A stretch of 64,000 nt of DNA, taken from IMG/VR virus record IMGVR_UViG_3300025000_000083, positions 8,211-72,210 of that record, one strand, 5' to 3'. Shown in pieces: positions 9,287 through 19,142 of the stretch. Each line of letters begins with the position of its first letter. Positions within the stretch are counted from its first letter, which is position 1. Position numbers and translations under genes: made by a program. The stretch comes from a virus. Under the pieces are notes generated by a model. That model was not told the origin of the DNA and did not search any database. It was given only the letters and a program-made list of their open reading frames with translations.

Positions 9287-9864
9287 AACGAATAATTGTA
9301 CTCTGCTTTACTACTTACCCATGACCTCTTTTGTGGCTCAATCCATTCAATGCCAATGAAGGCAAAGAAGTCCTCTTCCGTAATAAATGGAGGTGGCAAT
9401 GTCGGGCAATTCTTATACTCAGGCTTGATGCGCCACGTGCTCCCCTTATGATCACACTCTCTTTTATACCTTAATCCGTCCATTGTGCCACATAGACCCC
9501 TGCGATTCCATTGTACTGCCAACCCATGAGAAAAAACTGAGGATCCTGTCGAAATTGCAAGTATTCGTCCATAATCAGCAAGTGTAGTGACGTGCAACTC
9601 TATCTGAATGCCCGATTCGGGGTATTTGAAGCGTTTTAAGCGAGTGCCGTTCGTCACAAGTCCTTTGAATCCTTCCGGGAACGCAATTCCCATGGAGAAC
9701 TCGTCCTTGGGTACAATGACAAATTCTAAATCACCGACCATCTCACATTCCCGCCTAACTGAGCCAGCAATTGATATTTTTACACAAAAGGGAGAAATAT
9801 ATTTCTCAAACCTTTCTGCTATTTTTCTTGCTCGATCAAGAGACATTTTTAAATTTTTGCTCAT
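9283..9864 (-). CDS. minimal DNA polymerase X / Pol-beta-like nucleotidyltransferase
   Basis: IAGSVRR..GDLE, STGS, TEEDFF..IG..WIEP..R; start at MSKNLK (9864) or MSLD (9846). Confidence 0.8.
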   Translation of the reverse strand: MSKNLKMSLDRARKIAERFEKYISPFCVKISIAGSVRRECEMVGDLEFVIVPKDEFSMGIAFPEGFKGLVTNGTRLKRFKYPESGIQIELHVTTLADYGRILAISTGSSVFSHGLAVQWNRRGLCGTMDGLRYKRECDHKGSTWRIKPEYKNCPTLPPPFITEEDFFAFIGIEWIEPQKRSWVSSKAEYNYSL

Positions 9865-10609
9865 ATATTTTAATTGCCTCAATTTCAGTTTTAAAATATC
9901 CGAAAAAATATCGTTTCCCATTAATTCGTTTAGCCGCAGCCCATCTTCCATTAGAACAATATACCCCATTGTATTGAGAACTTTTTTTCTTTCTAAATTG
10001 AGTAAAGTCGATACTAGTGTGCTTCCATGATTTATTATAAATAATTCGAGATAATTGTTCTGTTTTAATTTTAAAAGCAGAAGCAATTTTGGATCGTGGG
10101 GTTTTTTCTAATAGCATATCATGTATTCTTTTTAAATCGGATTCTTTAATTTTAGAAAAAAAATTTTGTTCTCCTAACATTCCTGTTTTTAAACCTATAG
10201 TATAAGCATGTTTATTATTTTCACTTGTTGTACACCATTTAAGGTTACTCACATGATTACAGCTTTGTATTCCATTGATGTGATTTACTATTTTTTTGTC
10301 ACTTTTTTCTAAAAAAGTTATTGCAACTAATCTATGTACGTAGAATACCTTTTCTTTATTCTCTTTCCATAAAATAACATGAAAGTAATTTAACTGCTTA
10401 TTCCTTTTCCAATGGGATATAACTCTTGTTTTTGTATCAATATGCCCACATACGACACATTTTTTTTGAGACAAAGAAATTACCCTTCCATAATTACTTA
10501 TATAATATAGATTTTCATATTCAGGAATAGGCTTAAATATTTCATTAGGATACCTATATCTAAAATCTTTAAAATTAGAATCTTCGTAAATGTTTAAATA
10601 ATCTTTCAT
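9836..10609 (-). CDS. NUMOD4-HNH-AP2 homing endonuclease
   Basis: FKPIPEYENLYYISNYGRV, VHRLVA..F, VNHING...N...NL.W; AT-rich. Confidence 0.85.
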   Translation of the reverse strand: MKDYLNIYEDSNFKDFRYRYPNEIFKPIPEYENLYYISNYGRVISLSQKKCVVCGHIDTKTRVISHWKRNKQLNYFHVILWKENKEKVFYVHRLVAITFLEKSDKKIVNHINGIQSCNHVSNLKWCTTSENNKHAYTIGLKTGMLGEQNFFSKIKESDLKRIHDMLLEKTPRSKIASAFKIKTEQLSRIIYNKSWKHTSIDFTQFRKKKSSQYNGVYCSNGRWAAAKRINGKRYFFGYFKTEIEAIKIYEQKFKNVS

Positions 10610-10711
10610 TGTCAAGCTATTTAAGATTGTCAAGCAAAAAAGCAGAGAGAAGGAGGCTTGACTTCTCCGTATCACAGGGGGATCAATCCCTGCTATCTCT
10701 CCACAAATATA
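10608..10711 (-). promoter_or_regulatory. promoter plus structured antisense-type leader (type B)
   Basis: TATATTTG 10704-10711; CAGGGATTGATCCCCCTG hairpin; loop GTCAAGC complementary to 10-nt direct repeats at 10608 and 10626. Confidence 0.65.
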
Positions 10712-10736
10712 TGAACTGTTGTTCATCTGTGCAAGT

Positions 10737-11267
10737 TTATTTTTTATTTAAAGGATTAACAAAGTCATTCCGATACCGCCATGTTCTATTCTCCTTACCA
10801 AACTTACCCATCTCCCTCTCATCCCATGAGCATTTGATGAGCCTGTTTGCCTTTGTCAGATTGGTGATGCTCCTGCGCACCGAGTTAAGCAATATCTTCT
10901 CTCCCTCTGCTTCAAGTATCTCATGCACCTTTGCCGGGGTGAACTTGTATGCAAACCTCTTTCTGAAGAAGTCCAATACAATGCCGTTCTGCTTTGCTGC
11001 CGTATCACGTGCCTGTGATAGTTGTTCTTCTGGCAACGGTACGGTGTCATGAAATACATTTTCTGGTTCCTTCATAAAAAATCTTTCTGCACCGACAGGA
11101 AATCTATAATTTTCCATCTCCTTGGAAACTTCAATGTCTCTACATTCTTCCAAAATGCTCAAATGTTTATCCCTGTCTTTATCCTCCTCATGGAACGTCA
11201 ACTCAGGTTCTCTTGCAGACGGTAATGCCTCTGCTTTTCTTGGTCTGTGCTTATCAAATATTCCCAT
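10737..11267 (-). CDS. putative winged-helix DNA-binding protein
   Basis: C-terminal TP..VH...SVRRSITNL.....L.K......G..G.....W pattern. Confidence 0.5.
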   Translation of the reverse strand: MGIFDKHRPRKAEALPSAREPELTFHEEDKDRDKHLSILEECRDIEVSKEMENYRFPVGAERFFMKEPENVFHDTVPLPEEQLSQARDTAAKQNGIVLDFFRKRFAYKFTPAKVHEILEAEGEKILLNSVRRSITNLTKANRLIKCSWDEREMGKFGKENRTWRYRNDFVNPLNKK

Positions 11268-11278
11268 GTCTTATCCTC

Positions 11279-11590
11279 CTATCCCTTGATGCAAGTCAAT
11301 CCTGAAAGTCTGTTATACCACTTACCCTTGCCATCTTTGATGACCTTATTGCCATCCAGACAGAAGGTAATCGTACACCAACACCCATCGGTAAGCTGAT
11401 TAAGCTGAGTCATGTTCGTCTCATTGAACTCAAACATTACTTCCCTGGGATATTGCCCGATAAAAGTTTCCATGATTAAAATACGGAACTGTTTTGTTAC
11501 CCCTGCTTTTGTCGTGAATGTCTCTGGCATCCCTACGTGGATGACCTTGCCGGAATAATCAAATTGATTTACGCTCTTGTTTTGTGACAT
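11279..11590 (-). CDS. DUF3127-like OB-fold ssDNA-binding protein
   Basis: GKVI...QYP..V.FE........F.L.G...KWYN.L; typical of Bacteroidota. Confidence 0.7.
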   Translation of the reverse strand: MSQNKSVNQFDYSGKVIHVGMPETFTTKAGVTKQFRILIMETFIGQYPREVMFEFNETNMTQLNQLTDGCWCTITFCLDGNKVIKDGKGKWYNRLSGLTCIKG

Positions 11591-11598
11591 AGTTTTAG

Positions 11599-12015
11599 TT
11601 ATAAAGTTTGAATTAAAATATACGTTCTTGGTGACTCTGAATATAGCTTCTCTGAGAATAACCTGCATATCTGTGAGTCGTCTTTGTAAAATATGTGATT
11701 CATAGAATCGGTTGCGAATTTTACACAGTTATCCAAATCTTTCTTGCAGGTGTGAAACTCCGGTGCGTTATCTCTGAGCATGGAACTCTTTGCGCCACTA
11801 CCATAATGACTCTTTGGTCTGCCGAAATAGAATATTATGGTTATGCCTATGGGTCCTTCTAACGGCTCCTTTGGTGCTTTCTGCTGTATCACCGATAAAA
11901 AGTCATTTTTCTTATCACTTGATGGGTCATAGGTGCCTGAGAACTTACCTCTCTTGAAACTCCTGTGCCGCATCTGAGCATTGGGCTCACCAAGCATCAT
12001 TAATTCTATTGTCAT
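11599..12015 (-). CDS. rusA: RusA Holliday junction resolvase
   Basis: KKDLDNCVKFATDSMN...YKDDSQI. Confidence 0.9.
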   Translation of the reverse strand: MTIELMMLGEPNAQMRHRSFKRGKFSGTYDPSSDKKNDFLSVIQQKAPKEPLEGPIGITIIFYFGRPKSHYGSGAKSSMLRDNAPEFHTCKKDLDNCVKFATDSMNHIFYKDDSQICRLFSEKLYSESPRTYILIQTL

Positions 12016-12821
12016 TCTTTTATCTGTTTACCTATTATCCTCAACTTTTTTTCTGCATGACGTTTTATTTGAGACAAATGCATTTTTAATTTTGTCTCGG
12101 ATGTATGCAATTTCCCTAACCTATCCTTATTCCCTGTTTTGCATAGGCGCATTGCTTCTCTTTTTTCTTCTGACCACTTCCTCCCTACTGAATTTTTATT
12201 TCCTATCTTAGCCAAAGACATCTTTTTCCTTACTTCAAGAGACATGACTTTTCCTTTTTTAGCAAGACTCATTTTTAACTTTGCTTCATTTGAATGTGTC
12301 TTCCCTAAAAAGCTTTGCTGTCCCATTTTTGCCTTGCTGATATTCTCACATCTTTGTTTTTTATTATTATTCCAAGATTCACTAATTTTCTTTTTAAATT
12401 CTGGGGTTAATGGCTTCCCTTTTCCCCAAGGTATATGCCCCTTTTTAAATTCGGTATGCGGAGATATATGCAAGCCCTTATTTCGTAAACTCTGCTTTCT
12501 ACGTGATTCTACTGAATGCTTACAGCCAAGAGGGCTTCCCGCAATCTTAGAGATATTAAAATAAGGATTATATAAATCTATAAAAAATTGTTCGTTCCTA
12601 AGTAAATCAATCCTATCACAACCAATTAGCGTAGAAAAACACAAGTCATCTTCTCCATATTTATTGTAATGATCTTGCAATAAAAAAGAATGATGTTTTT
12701 GTAATCTAAGGTCTTTGATATGTATGTTTTTTCTTTGCTCTATATGGACTGAACTTCCAATATAGCATCTTTGAAGATTACTTATAGATTGAATCATGTA
12801 AATGCCAGTGGTTGCTTTCAT
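12012..12821 (-). CDS. GIY-YIG endonuclease with NUMOD3 repeats
   Basis: GIYMI..CYIGSS, EQFFID, HS.E.K.KMS repeats. Confidence 0.85.
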   Translation of the reverse strand: MKATTGIYMIQSISNLQRCYIGSSVHIEQRKNIHIKDLRLQKHHSFLLQDHYNKYGEDDLCFSTLIGCDRIDLLRNEQFFIDLYNPYFNISKIAGSPLGCKHSVESRRKQSLRNKGLHISPHTEFKKGHIPWGKGKPLTPEFKKKISESWNNNKKQRCENISKAKMGQQSFLGKTHSNEAKLKMSLAKKGKVMSLEVRKKMSLAKIGNKNSVGRKWSEEKREAMRLCKTGNKDRLGKLHTSETKLKMHLSQIKRHAEKKLRIIGKQIKE

Positions 12822-12954
12822 GTTAAGTATAAAAACCCCGATTGAAAGCGGCTTACTACTCGATCCATGTGATTGGAGGGAATACACTTTCGCACGGGGT
12901 GTTAATATTTCAGTTTCTTTTAACATGAATGAGTAGTAAAGCACTACAAATATA
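12822..12954 (-). promoter_or_regulatory. promoter plus structured leader (type A)
   Basis: TATATTTG 12947-12954; 12931-12942 complementary to 12851-12861; ACCCCG/CGGGGT stem plus T-run. Confidence 0.6.
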
Positions 12955-12965
12955 AGAAATTATGA

Positions 12966-13211
12966 TTACTTTGCTATACTTCGACCTATAATTTTTATCT
13001 GACCCGGCAAAAAGGTCTCAATTTGCCCTGTCTTAACGTGCTCACATACTGCTATGGTGTAGTTCACTGCTGCTATCCTTTCTGCATCCACATCAAACAC
13101 CTTGTAGTCCAATCCCCAATAATGAAGCCAGTATTCACCCTTCTCATACATCGGTTCTCCGTCCTTTAACTCTCCGTCCTTCTCCCATGTTGCTTCTACA
13201 AGTATCTTCAT
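12966..13211 (-). CDS. hypothetical protein
   Basis: 81-aa ORF. Confidence 0.55.
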   Translation of the reverse strand: MKILVEATWEKDGELKDGEPMYEKGEYWLHYWGLDYKVFDVDAERIAAVNYTIAVCEHVKTGQIETFLPGQIKIIGRSIAK

Positions 13212-13527
13212 CTTCTTTGTATTTCCAAATGTGTCCTGCCCTTGTTTTCTTTCCTGATTTCAATGATCTCAGTATCGCTCTTGATGTGTATCCTACTGCC
13301 TTTGCAGCCACAAGTTGATTCTCAAATTCCGCTATCTCGATCCCTCCAAGATCACACTGTATGATCTTCTTTCCCGTTGCGTGCCCATAGTGCTTTGTCC
13401 CTTCACAGAACGATATTGACACTAACTCCCTGATGTACTCCTCTGCCCTGTCCTGTCTCCATGGAGTAATCAACCCCTCCTTCTTCATCCAATACAATGC
13501 CCTCTTAACGGCTCGTTCCTGATCCAT
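13144..13527 (-). CDS. NUMOD1-domain DNA-binding protein
   Basis: KIIQCDLGG..IAEFEN...AA...G....I...L....K..AGHIWKY. Confidence 0.65.
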   Translation of the reverse strand: MDQERAVKRALYWMKKEGLITPWRQDRAEEYIRELVSISFCEGTKHYGHATGKKIIQCDLGGIEIAEFENQLVAAKAVGYTSRAILRSLKSGKKTRAGHIWKYKEDEDTCRSNMGEGRRVKGRRTDV

Positions 13528-14191
13528 CTCTTATAATATTCAATGGATGTTCCGTTCCATGTGCGATAACAAAATCATTGTAGGCTCGGGCTGCCTGTTC
13601 GGGGGTTAAGTGATATCCTAAACGGTATTTTTCCCCATTATAATGAATCTCAGCAACCCATCGTTTTATTCTTTCTCCTGTTTTAATATAAGAAATACCC
13701 CTATATCCTGTTGTATTTGTCTTTCTTAGTAGCCGGGTGTTCTCATTACTGATGTTTGATGTAATCCACCTGCAATTACTTGGGTAATAACCCTTGTCAT
13801 TATTTTCTCTGTCAAGCAATAATCCTTTTTTATACCCATTTACTATTGCCCAATTATAAAATGAAACAAAATTATTTTTCCATTCATCACAAATAGTTAT
13901 TCCCCTGCCCCCCCATTCTGGATATGCTTTATCTTTAGGATTCAAACACCGTTGTTGCATAGCCTTAAACACACCATAAAGAGGATGTTTGACTAACCCA
14001 TGCTTTATACTTCGTTCTAAAAATAATCTTGCGTTTTCACAATGGCATGATTTTATATACCCCCGGCTTATTGCACTTACACATGCTCTGAAAGGTTGCT
14101 TACAAATAGGGCATTCATAAATGGCAAGGTGCTTTTTTTGCTTACTATTCTCTGTTGTAAATTGTCTTCCTAAATCGTGAATCATTTTCAT
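13505..14191 (-). CDS. HNH/AP2 endonuclease-like protein, paralogue of 6566-7231
   Basis: MKMIHDLG..AIYECPIC; WGGRGITIC; LDRENNDKGYYPSNCRW; AP2-like tail. Confidence 0.85.
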   Translation of the reverse strand: MKMIHDLGRQFTTENSKQKKHLAIYECPICKQPFRACVSAISRGYIKSCHCENARLFLERSIKHGLVKHPLYGVFKAMQQRCLNPKDKAYPEWGGRGITICDEWKNNFVSFYNWAIVNGYKKGLLLDRENNDKGYYPSNCRWITSNISNENTRLLRKTNTTGYRGISYIKTGERIKRWVAEIHYNGEKYRLGYHLTPEQAARAYNDFVIAHGTEHPLNIIRDGSGTSR

Positions 14192-14334
14192 GGGTGGAAA
14201 TAATGGAGCATCCCCGGCTGCTTTAATCATCGGCATCTGTGTCGAAACGACAGAATTAGACGAAACCAGGGATGCAGTATTTTTACTTAAAATTTCCATT
14301 ATTCAGATACCGTGATTAAAGCGTAGTAAAGATA
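14192..14334 (-). promoter_or_regulatory. promoter plus structured leader (type A)
   Basis: TATCTTTA 14327-14334; 14304-14322 complementary to 14220-14239; GCATCCC/GGGATGC stem. Confidence 0.55.
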
Positions 14335-14342
14335 TGCTAATT

Positions 14343-15449
14343 TTATTCCCAATCCAAATTTATTTTATCAAACTCTTCCAGAACTCTTTCTTCAGAGGGC
14401 GATTCCTTGATCTTATTTGAAGCAACTCTGTTCTTTGATCCTTTCCTTTCGCTCCACGAATAGCTTCCGAGACGACCAAAGTCTATGGCTTCTGCTCCGC
14501 TTAAAGTAAGTTGTTTGATTAAAGTATTGGCAATGCCTGTGCGCTCCTCCTCAATAACATTCTTCACCTTTAGAAGCATTTTGTCCTGCTTACATAATCC
14601 ATACGCTTCCATCGTTCCCTCAATTGTCTCCCTTTCCTGTAGATACCTCTTATTAAGAAACTCCTGATAGGATTTCGTCTTATCGGGATCCGGTTCATGC
14701 TTCTGAATGATAGCATCCTGTTTTTCCACTTCAGATAGATTACCCGCTCTCTCAGCTTCCTGTCTTTTGGCAAATGCCTCTTTAGCGGGTAACACCCGGT
14801 TGTACCAAAATCCCTTGGTTATTTCAATGATTTTCTCACAGAGTCCATCATCACGCTGTATTTTCTCTACTCTTAGCCTATTGCCATTTTCCAGAATACA
14901 AATTTCGGCATAGTCAGATTCAATGATCGCCATGTACTGATGTATCTGCATGAGGTAATAAATGGGCATTCCGTCCTCCCATTTTTGGGCAACCCATTGG
15001 TTCATTGCCTTGCATTCCAATACGGCTTCTGTGGTCAGAGGATCGCCTGTAAGTAAGTTTCTTCCCCCTGTGATATTCATTACCCTGTCAAGAGATGCAA
15101 ATAGCCATGGATATTTTGGATTTACCACATACCCATTAACACTCCTGCATTCCCTTATGATCTTTTTATCCTTATAGTTCTGAATATAACCCTCTTGCGT
15201 TCCGTCCCAATAACGCCATTTATCTGCAATCTGATCTTCGAGTTCTCTTCCCCAAAACATAGACTCGTTATCGTTCTTGCGGGTATCAATAGTCCCTACT
15301 TTTTCATGGAATATCCATATTGCAGAATCATAGTCAGGATTAGGTAAAAGCAGATTCCCTACTTCAGAGCCGCCAATTCCATTTTTACGAAACCGATACC
15401 ATTCTTCGGAATGTTCTGGTATCCTGGTAATAATCAAATCACTTCTCAT
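14343..15449 (-). CDS. YqaJ/lambda-exonuclease family recombination nuclease
   Basis: EW...R..GIGGSE, WGRELE, ASLD, LECK, YLMQIHQYM. Confidence 0.9.
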   Translation of the reverse strand: MRSDLIITRIPEHSEEWYRFRKNGIGGSEVGNLLLPNPDYDSAIWIFHEKVGTIDTRKNDNESMFWGRELEDQIADKWRYWDGTQEGYIQNYKDKKIIRECRSVNGYVVNPKYPWLFASLDRVMNITGGRNLLTGDPLTTEAVLECKAMNQWVAQKWEDGMPIYYLMQIHQYMAIIESDYAEICILENGNRLRVEKIQRDDGLCEKIIEITKGFWYNRVLPAKEAFAKRQEAERAGNLSEVEKQDAIIQKHEPDPDKTKSYQEFLNKRYLQERETIEGTMEAYGLCKQDKMLLKVKNVIEEERTGIANTLIKQLTLSGAEAIDFGRLGSYSWSERKGSKNRVASNKIKESPSEERVLEEFDKINLDWE

Positions 15450-15565
15450 TTTTTCTGATGTATTTTTCAAGTTTCTTTTTAGCCCTTTTGAGTTTTCCCT
15501 TCTCAATTAATAAGGCTACATGAATATATTGTTCTAAACTAATGCCACTCATCGTTATATTTCTT

Positions 15566-15961
15566 TTATTGTCCCCAGAGTTCTTTCCTTCTTTTCTCTG
15601 CTGCCTTTAAGTTATCCTCTCCCAACTCAGTTTTTCTTCCGTGATCGTCAATACATTTGTCAGGCAGTAGTAAAAACATTCCCTTCGCATCAGGAATCCA
15701 GACAACATCATTATCTTTCCAATGAAAGTCTCCCCTCTCTCCTTTAAACGGAGGAATAAGGTCTGGCATTTCTTCTTCATCTTTTAGCATGTGTTTCAAA
15801 TCGGGAGGGAGTTGATCAAGATGATAAACTTCAACAATACATCCCTCTACTTTTTTGTACCAGAAAGGTAAGCACATATACTCATTTCCCCCTTCTGCAA
15901 TAAGGCTCCCTGACGATTCAATAAAATCAATTACTTCCTGTTTTACTTCTACTCTATCCAT
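15566..15961 (-). CDS. hypothetical protein
   Basis: Start placed at MDRVEV to avoid long overlap. Confidence 0.55.
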   Translation of the reverse strand: MDRVEVKQEVIDFIESSGSLIAEGGNEYMCLPFWYKKVEGCIVEVYHLDQLPPDLKHMLKDEEEMPDLIPPFKGERGDFHWKDNDVVWIPDAKGMFLLLPDKCIDDHGRKTELGEDNLKAAEKRRKELWGQ

Positions 15962-15963
15962 GG

Positions 15964-16392
15964 CTATTTCATGTTTAATGGTTGCGGAGGTTTGATGTCC
16001 AGCTTCAATGGCTGTAACTCTTTGTATATCTCTGTGAAGATTTCGTTGATCCAATCGGCTTGGATGCTCATCAACTCAACTTCCTGGCGACCTTCATTGC
16101 TGATGTCGCTGTACCATTTCGCATATAGTTTCGCTAAATTATTGACAAGCCTCTCGTGCTGTGCACATAGTTTCATTCCCTCATCATAGTGCGTTTGGTA
16201 CACCGCCAGCCATGCCTTGTAAGCATCGTACTGTGCCTGTCCTGCTTTCTTTTTGTCTTCGCTTTCCCATTTATAGGTGTCATCGTGCATGATGGCTTCG
16301 GCCTTGGCTACTTTCTCCTTCTGAGGGTCGAGTATCTTCTGCTTAAACACTTGCAATTTATTCGCAAACGCATAATCATTAACATTGCTCAT
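15964..16392 (-). CDS. hypothetical helical protein
   Basis: 142 aa, coupled to GroES-like gene. Confidence 0.6.
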   Translation of the reverse strand: MSNVNDYAFANKLQVFKQKILDPQKEKVAKAEAIMHDDTYKWESEDKKKAGQAQYDAYKAWLAVYQTHYDEGMKLCAQHERLVNNLAKLYAKWYSDISNEGRQEVELMSIQADWINEIFTEIYKELQPLKLDIKPPQPLNMK

Positions 16393-16670
16393 ATCTTCTT
16401 GTTTTTAGTTTTGTCCCTTCCAAAGAATAACCTGTGCTCATTGACCAGAAAATGATCAGTGCCATCAATCACCATCAGCGATGCACTCTTGCGTGGAAAG
16501 TAAACGTGCTCCCCCTTCTTGAATACCCTGCACTCACTACCCAAATCTGTTATTGTACCCCACTCAGGCAACATTTCCACAGAGTTTTTTGGGATGATGA
16601 GTTGTCCTGATGGTGTTCTCTCCGGCAATTTGTCCGGCTTAATAAGCACTACTGTTCCTAAAATTATCAT
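16389..16670 (-). CDS. groES: GroES/Cpn10-like co-chaperonin
   Basis: VLIKP...ERTPSG.LIIP....P.WG.I...G......K.G..V; 93 aa. Confidence 0.8.
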   Translation of the reverse strand: MIILGTVVLIKPDKLPERTPSGQLIIPKNSVEMLPEWGTITDLGSECRVFKKGEHVYFPRKSASLMVIDGTDHFLVNEHRLFFGRDKTKNKKI

Positions 16671-16692
16671 ATCAAATTGTTTTTAAGTTACA

Positions 16693-18663
16693 TCAAAAGG
16701 GCAGGTCCGACTCATTCTTTCCGTTATCTCCGAACACATCATCGTCCTTTTGGTTCTTTGGAGGATTAAGTGCTCCCCTTATTGGCTCCGGTGCTTTCTT
16801 TTCCTTGTCATCCACAAGTTCAAAACGTCCTCCCTTCTTATAGTCCATCTTCAACTTTACCCTGTCATGTATCCCTTCTTCTTCAAATCTTATCTTCTCT
16901 GTTCTGAGAATAGTAGGTGTTTCGGAATCTACAAAATACTTATCATCCTCATCTGCCTCCTCGGGAATATCCTCTTTCTTCTTCTTACGGTTCATATTCC
17001 GGTGAACAATGATACCTATGTCACTCTTCTCTTTCCATGCTGAACTCCCTTTGATGTCATACAAGCACGGCATCCGGTAGTTAATCCCTATTTTCTCTAT
17101 TTTGGTGGGGTGTGCAACGATTATGCCATGCAGGTCATAGTAGTCATTAAAATCAATGAGATGATCAAGCTGTGAACTTATATATGCCGTTTCAGTGATG
17201 TTCTTCGGCTGCTCATGTTCAATCTTGTTCCACGCATCAATGATATAACCAAAGATGTTCTCCGTCTTTTTGAGATACACAAGGTACTCGCATATTGATG
17301 CCATGGTGTTCACCTTATCTGATTTTATCTTGCCATTAAAGGTGTCAAAGTTCCTCCTGTCTGGTGATACGACAAAGAAATGCTTTTGTATGTACCACAT
17401 GGTCTTGTCACGCAATGGTTTTCCCATGGAGTTACCCCAACCATCCCTGAAATACTTGCCTGTGATAACCTCTGCTATCTTTACATATTCCCTACTTACT
17501 GGTCTGTTCTCAGGGGTGAATAACCCAAACTTCAAATCTGCTTTATCATTATGACTGATAAGTTCCGTGGTGTGCCATCTGACATACGTGCTCTTGCCTG
17601 ATCCGGGCAAGCCAGTAACCACCTGCAGTCTCTTTGGCTTCTCGGTATAGAGTCTGTCAATCTCTGGGGTTCCCATCATCAAACCTTTTGTAAACCCTTC
17701 CTTTGCATATACTTCAAGTTCATCCTTGACATCCATTGGCCTAATGATCCCTGCAAGCGGGAATGATGATAGATTCTGATAGCACTCATCAACACCCGCT
17801 TTCCCAAGTGCCGGAAGTTTCTTATCGTCTTTATTAACCCCTATATAAACTTCGTTTGAATCCTTGTACCCAATAGGATAATTAACATACTTGCACTTCT
17901 CTTTGCCAAGAAGCAACGCTAAGTGATTTCTTAACTTAATCCCTGCAGCATCTCCATCTGTGGCAATGATATGTAATTCAACGTCCGCAATGACACTTTG
18001 AACATACTTATCGTGAATATAATCAAACTCGTTTTCAAAATTCTTCGCTAAAAGACTTGGTGCCCCTGATGGTACGCTTATAATGTTTTTATAATCACAC
18101 TGAATCCACGTAAGAGTATCTACATGCCCTTCTGTCCACGTAAGTATCTTCTTCTCTTCGGGAGGAAAATTGACGTATTCGAGTCCCCACGGAAGCGTTC
18201 TGGTGCCATATTCCTTATTGAGATTCCACCATTTTGTAAAATCATCTCCCTTCTTCCACCGGATATTAAGATACTTCACATCTACAAGAGTCTGGCTGAT
18301 GTAGGTAGGGAAGCCAAGTATAGGCTTCTGCCCCATGGAAAATTCAAAAACCTTTCTTCCTAATGGAATCTTTAAGTCAATTCCTCTGCTCTCCCAATAT
18401 GCTCTTATCTCCTTCGAGTAGGTTTCAGCAAACTGCTTTGGCATTTTAGACCTCTCTTGTACCTTAGCATAAATCTCCATTGCCCCCAAATTAGCACTCC
18501 ATGAGCAATGATGACATTTTATCCAAACATTTCCGGGCTCATTATTAACGGTAAGGCACGGTGCGTTCTTATGATGCTGACGAGTATCATTGCACTTTGG
18601 GCACTGCGTTGACCAACGTACTTTTCCGGGAATTGTTTTTATGCCGAGGTCTTCGAGAATCAT
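16693..18663 (-). CDS. T7 gp4/Twinkle-like primase-helicase
   Basis: Zn ribbon CPKC/CHHC, Toprim TEG..D and D.D.AG, Walker A GLPGSGKS, VAHP.K, DIKGS. Confidence 0.92.
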   Translation of the reverse strand: MILEDLGIKTIPGKVRWSTQCPKCNDTRQHHKNAPCLTVNNEPGNVWIKCHHCSWSANLGAMEIYAKVQERSKMPKQFAETYSKEIRAYWESRGIDLKIPLGRKVFEFSMGQKPILGFPTYISQTLVDVKYLNIRWKKGDDFTKWWNLNKEYGTRTLPWGLEYVNFPPEEKKILTWTEGHVDTLTWIQCDYKNIISVPSGAPSLLAKNFENEFDYIHDKYVQSVIADVELHIIATDGDAAGIKLRNHLALLLGKEKCKYVNYPIGYKDSNEVYIGVNKDDKKLPALGKAGVDECYQNLSSFPLAGIIRPMDVKDELEVYAKEGFTKGLMMGTPEIDRLYTEKPKRLQVVTGLPGSGKSTYVRWHTTELISHNDKADLKFGLFTPENRPVSREYVKIAEVITGKYFRDGWGNSMGKPLRDKTMWYIQKHFFVVSPDRRNFDTFNGKIKSDKVNTMASICEYLVYLKKTENIFGYIIDAWNKIEHEQPKNITETAYISSQLDHLIDFNDYYDLHGIIVAHPTKIEKIGINYRMPCLYDIKGSSAWKEKSDIGIIVHRNMNRKKKKEDIPEEADEDDKYFVDSETPTILRTEKIRFEEEGIHDRVKLKMDYKKGGRFELVDDKEKKAPEPIRGALNPPKNQKDDDVFGDNGKNESDLPF

Positions 18664-18989
18664 ACCTTAATATACTTTTCTGACTTTTCATTACGTACGA
18701 TGAACTTCGGGCCATCATTACCTTCTTTGTCTGGATACAAGTAACAGTAGTCCAGTTCGGTGTCATACTTGCCATCTATTATCAGTGGCCTTGTTTTATT
18801 GGTAATTGTTGATACTGCCAAATTCGTTATGAGGGCAAACTGGCTTATCGTAAAGACATTGTAAAGCATTATTGTCTTTATCCTATCTTCATCCATCCCT
18901 GTTTTTAAGGATATTGCTTTAATGAGCTCGGTGTCCGTCTTATGCAATTGACACTTTACTCCCCTTATAAGTCCAAATTTTTCTTCCAT
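18660..18989 (-). CDS. putative HTH DNA-binding protein
   Basis: FTISQFALITNLAVSTITN; preceded by TAnnTTTG motifs near 19010-19045. Confidence 0.5.
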   Translation of the reverse strand: MEEKFGLIRGVKCQLHKTDTELIKAISLKTGMDEDRIKTIMLYNVFTISQFALITNLAVSTITNKTRPLIIDGKYDTELDYCYLYPDKEGNDGPKFIVRNEKSEKYIKV

Positions 18990-19142
18990 GGTGAAATAAT
19001 TGATTCATGCAAAGCTAATGCTTGTTATTTTATTTTGCAAATATATTTTATAATTTGTTTTTGTAAAGTTATTAACAGCCACCAAATAAAAAGGGAAACA
19101 TTACTGTCTCCCTGATTCGATGCGTCTGAGATGCACAATAAG

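Noticed and set aside
9865-10086. 74-aa N-terminal extension of PolX
   Set aside because: Lies within the HNH gene in another frame; PolX similarity starts near 9864
10675-10692. tRNA gene at the GGGATTGATCCCC hairpins
   Set aside because: Only a T-arm-like hairpin; no cloverleaf or anticodon arm. No tRNAs were recognised in the window
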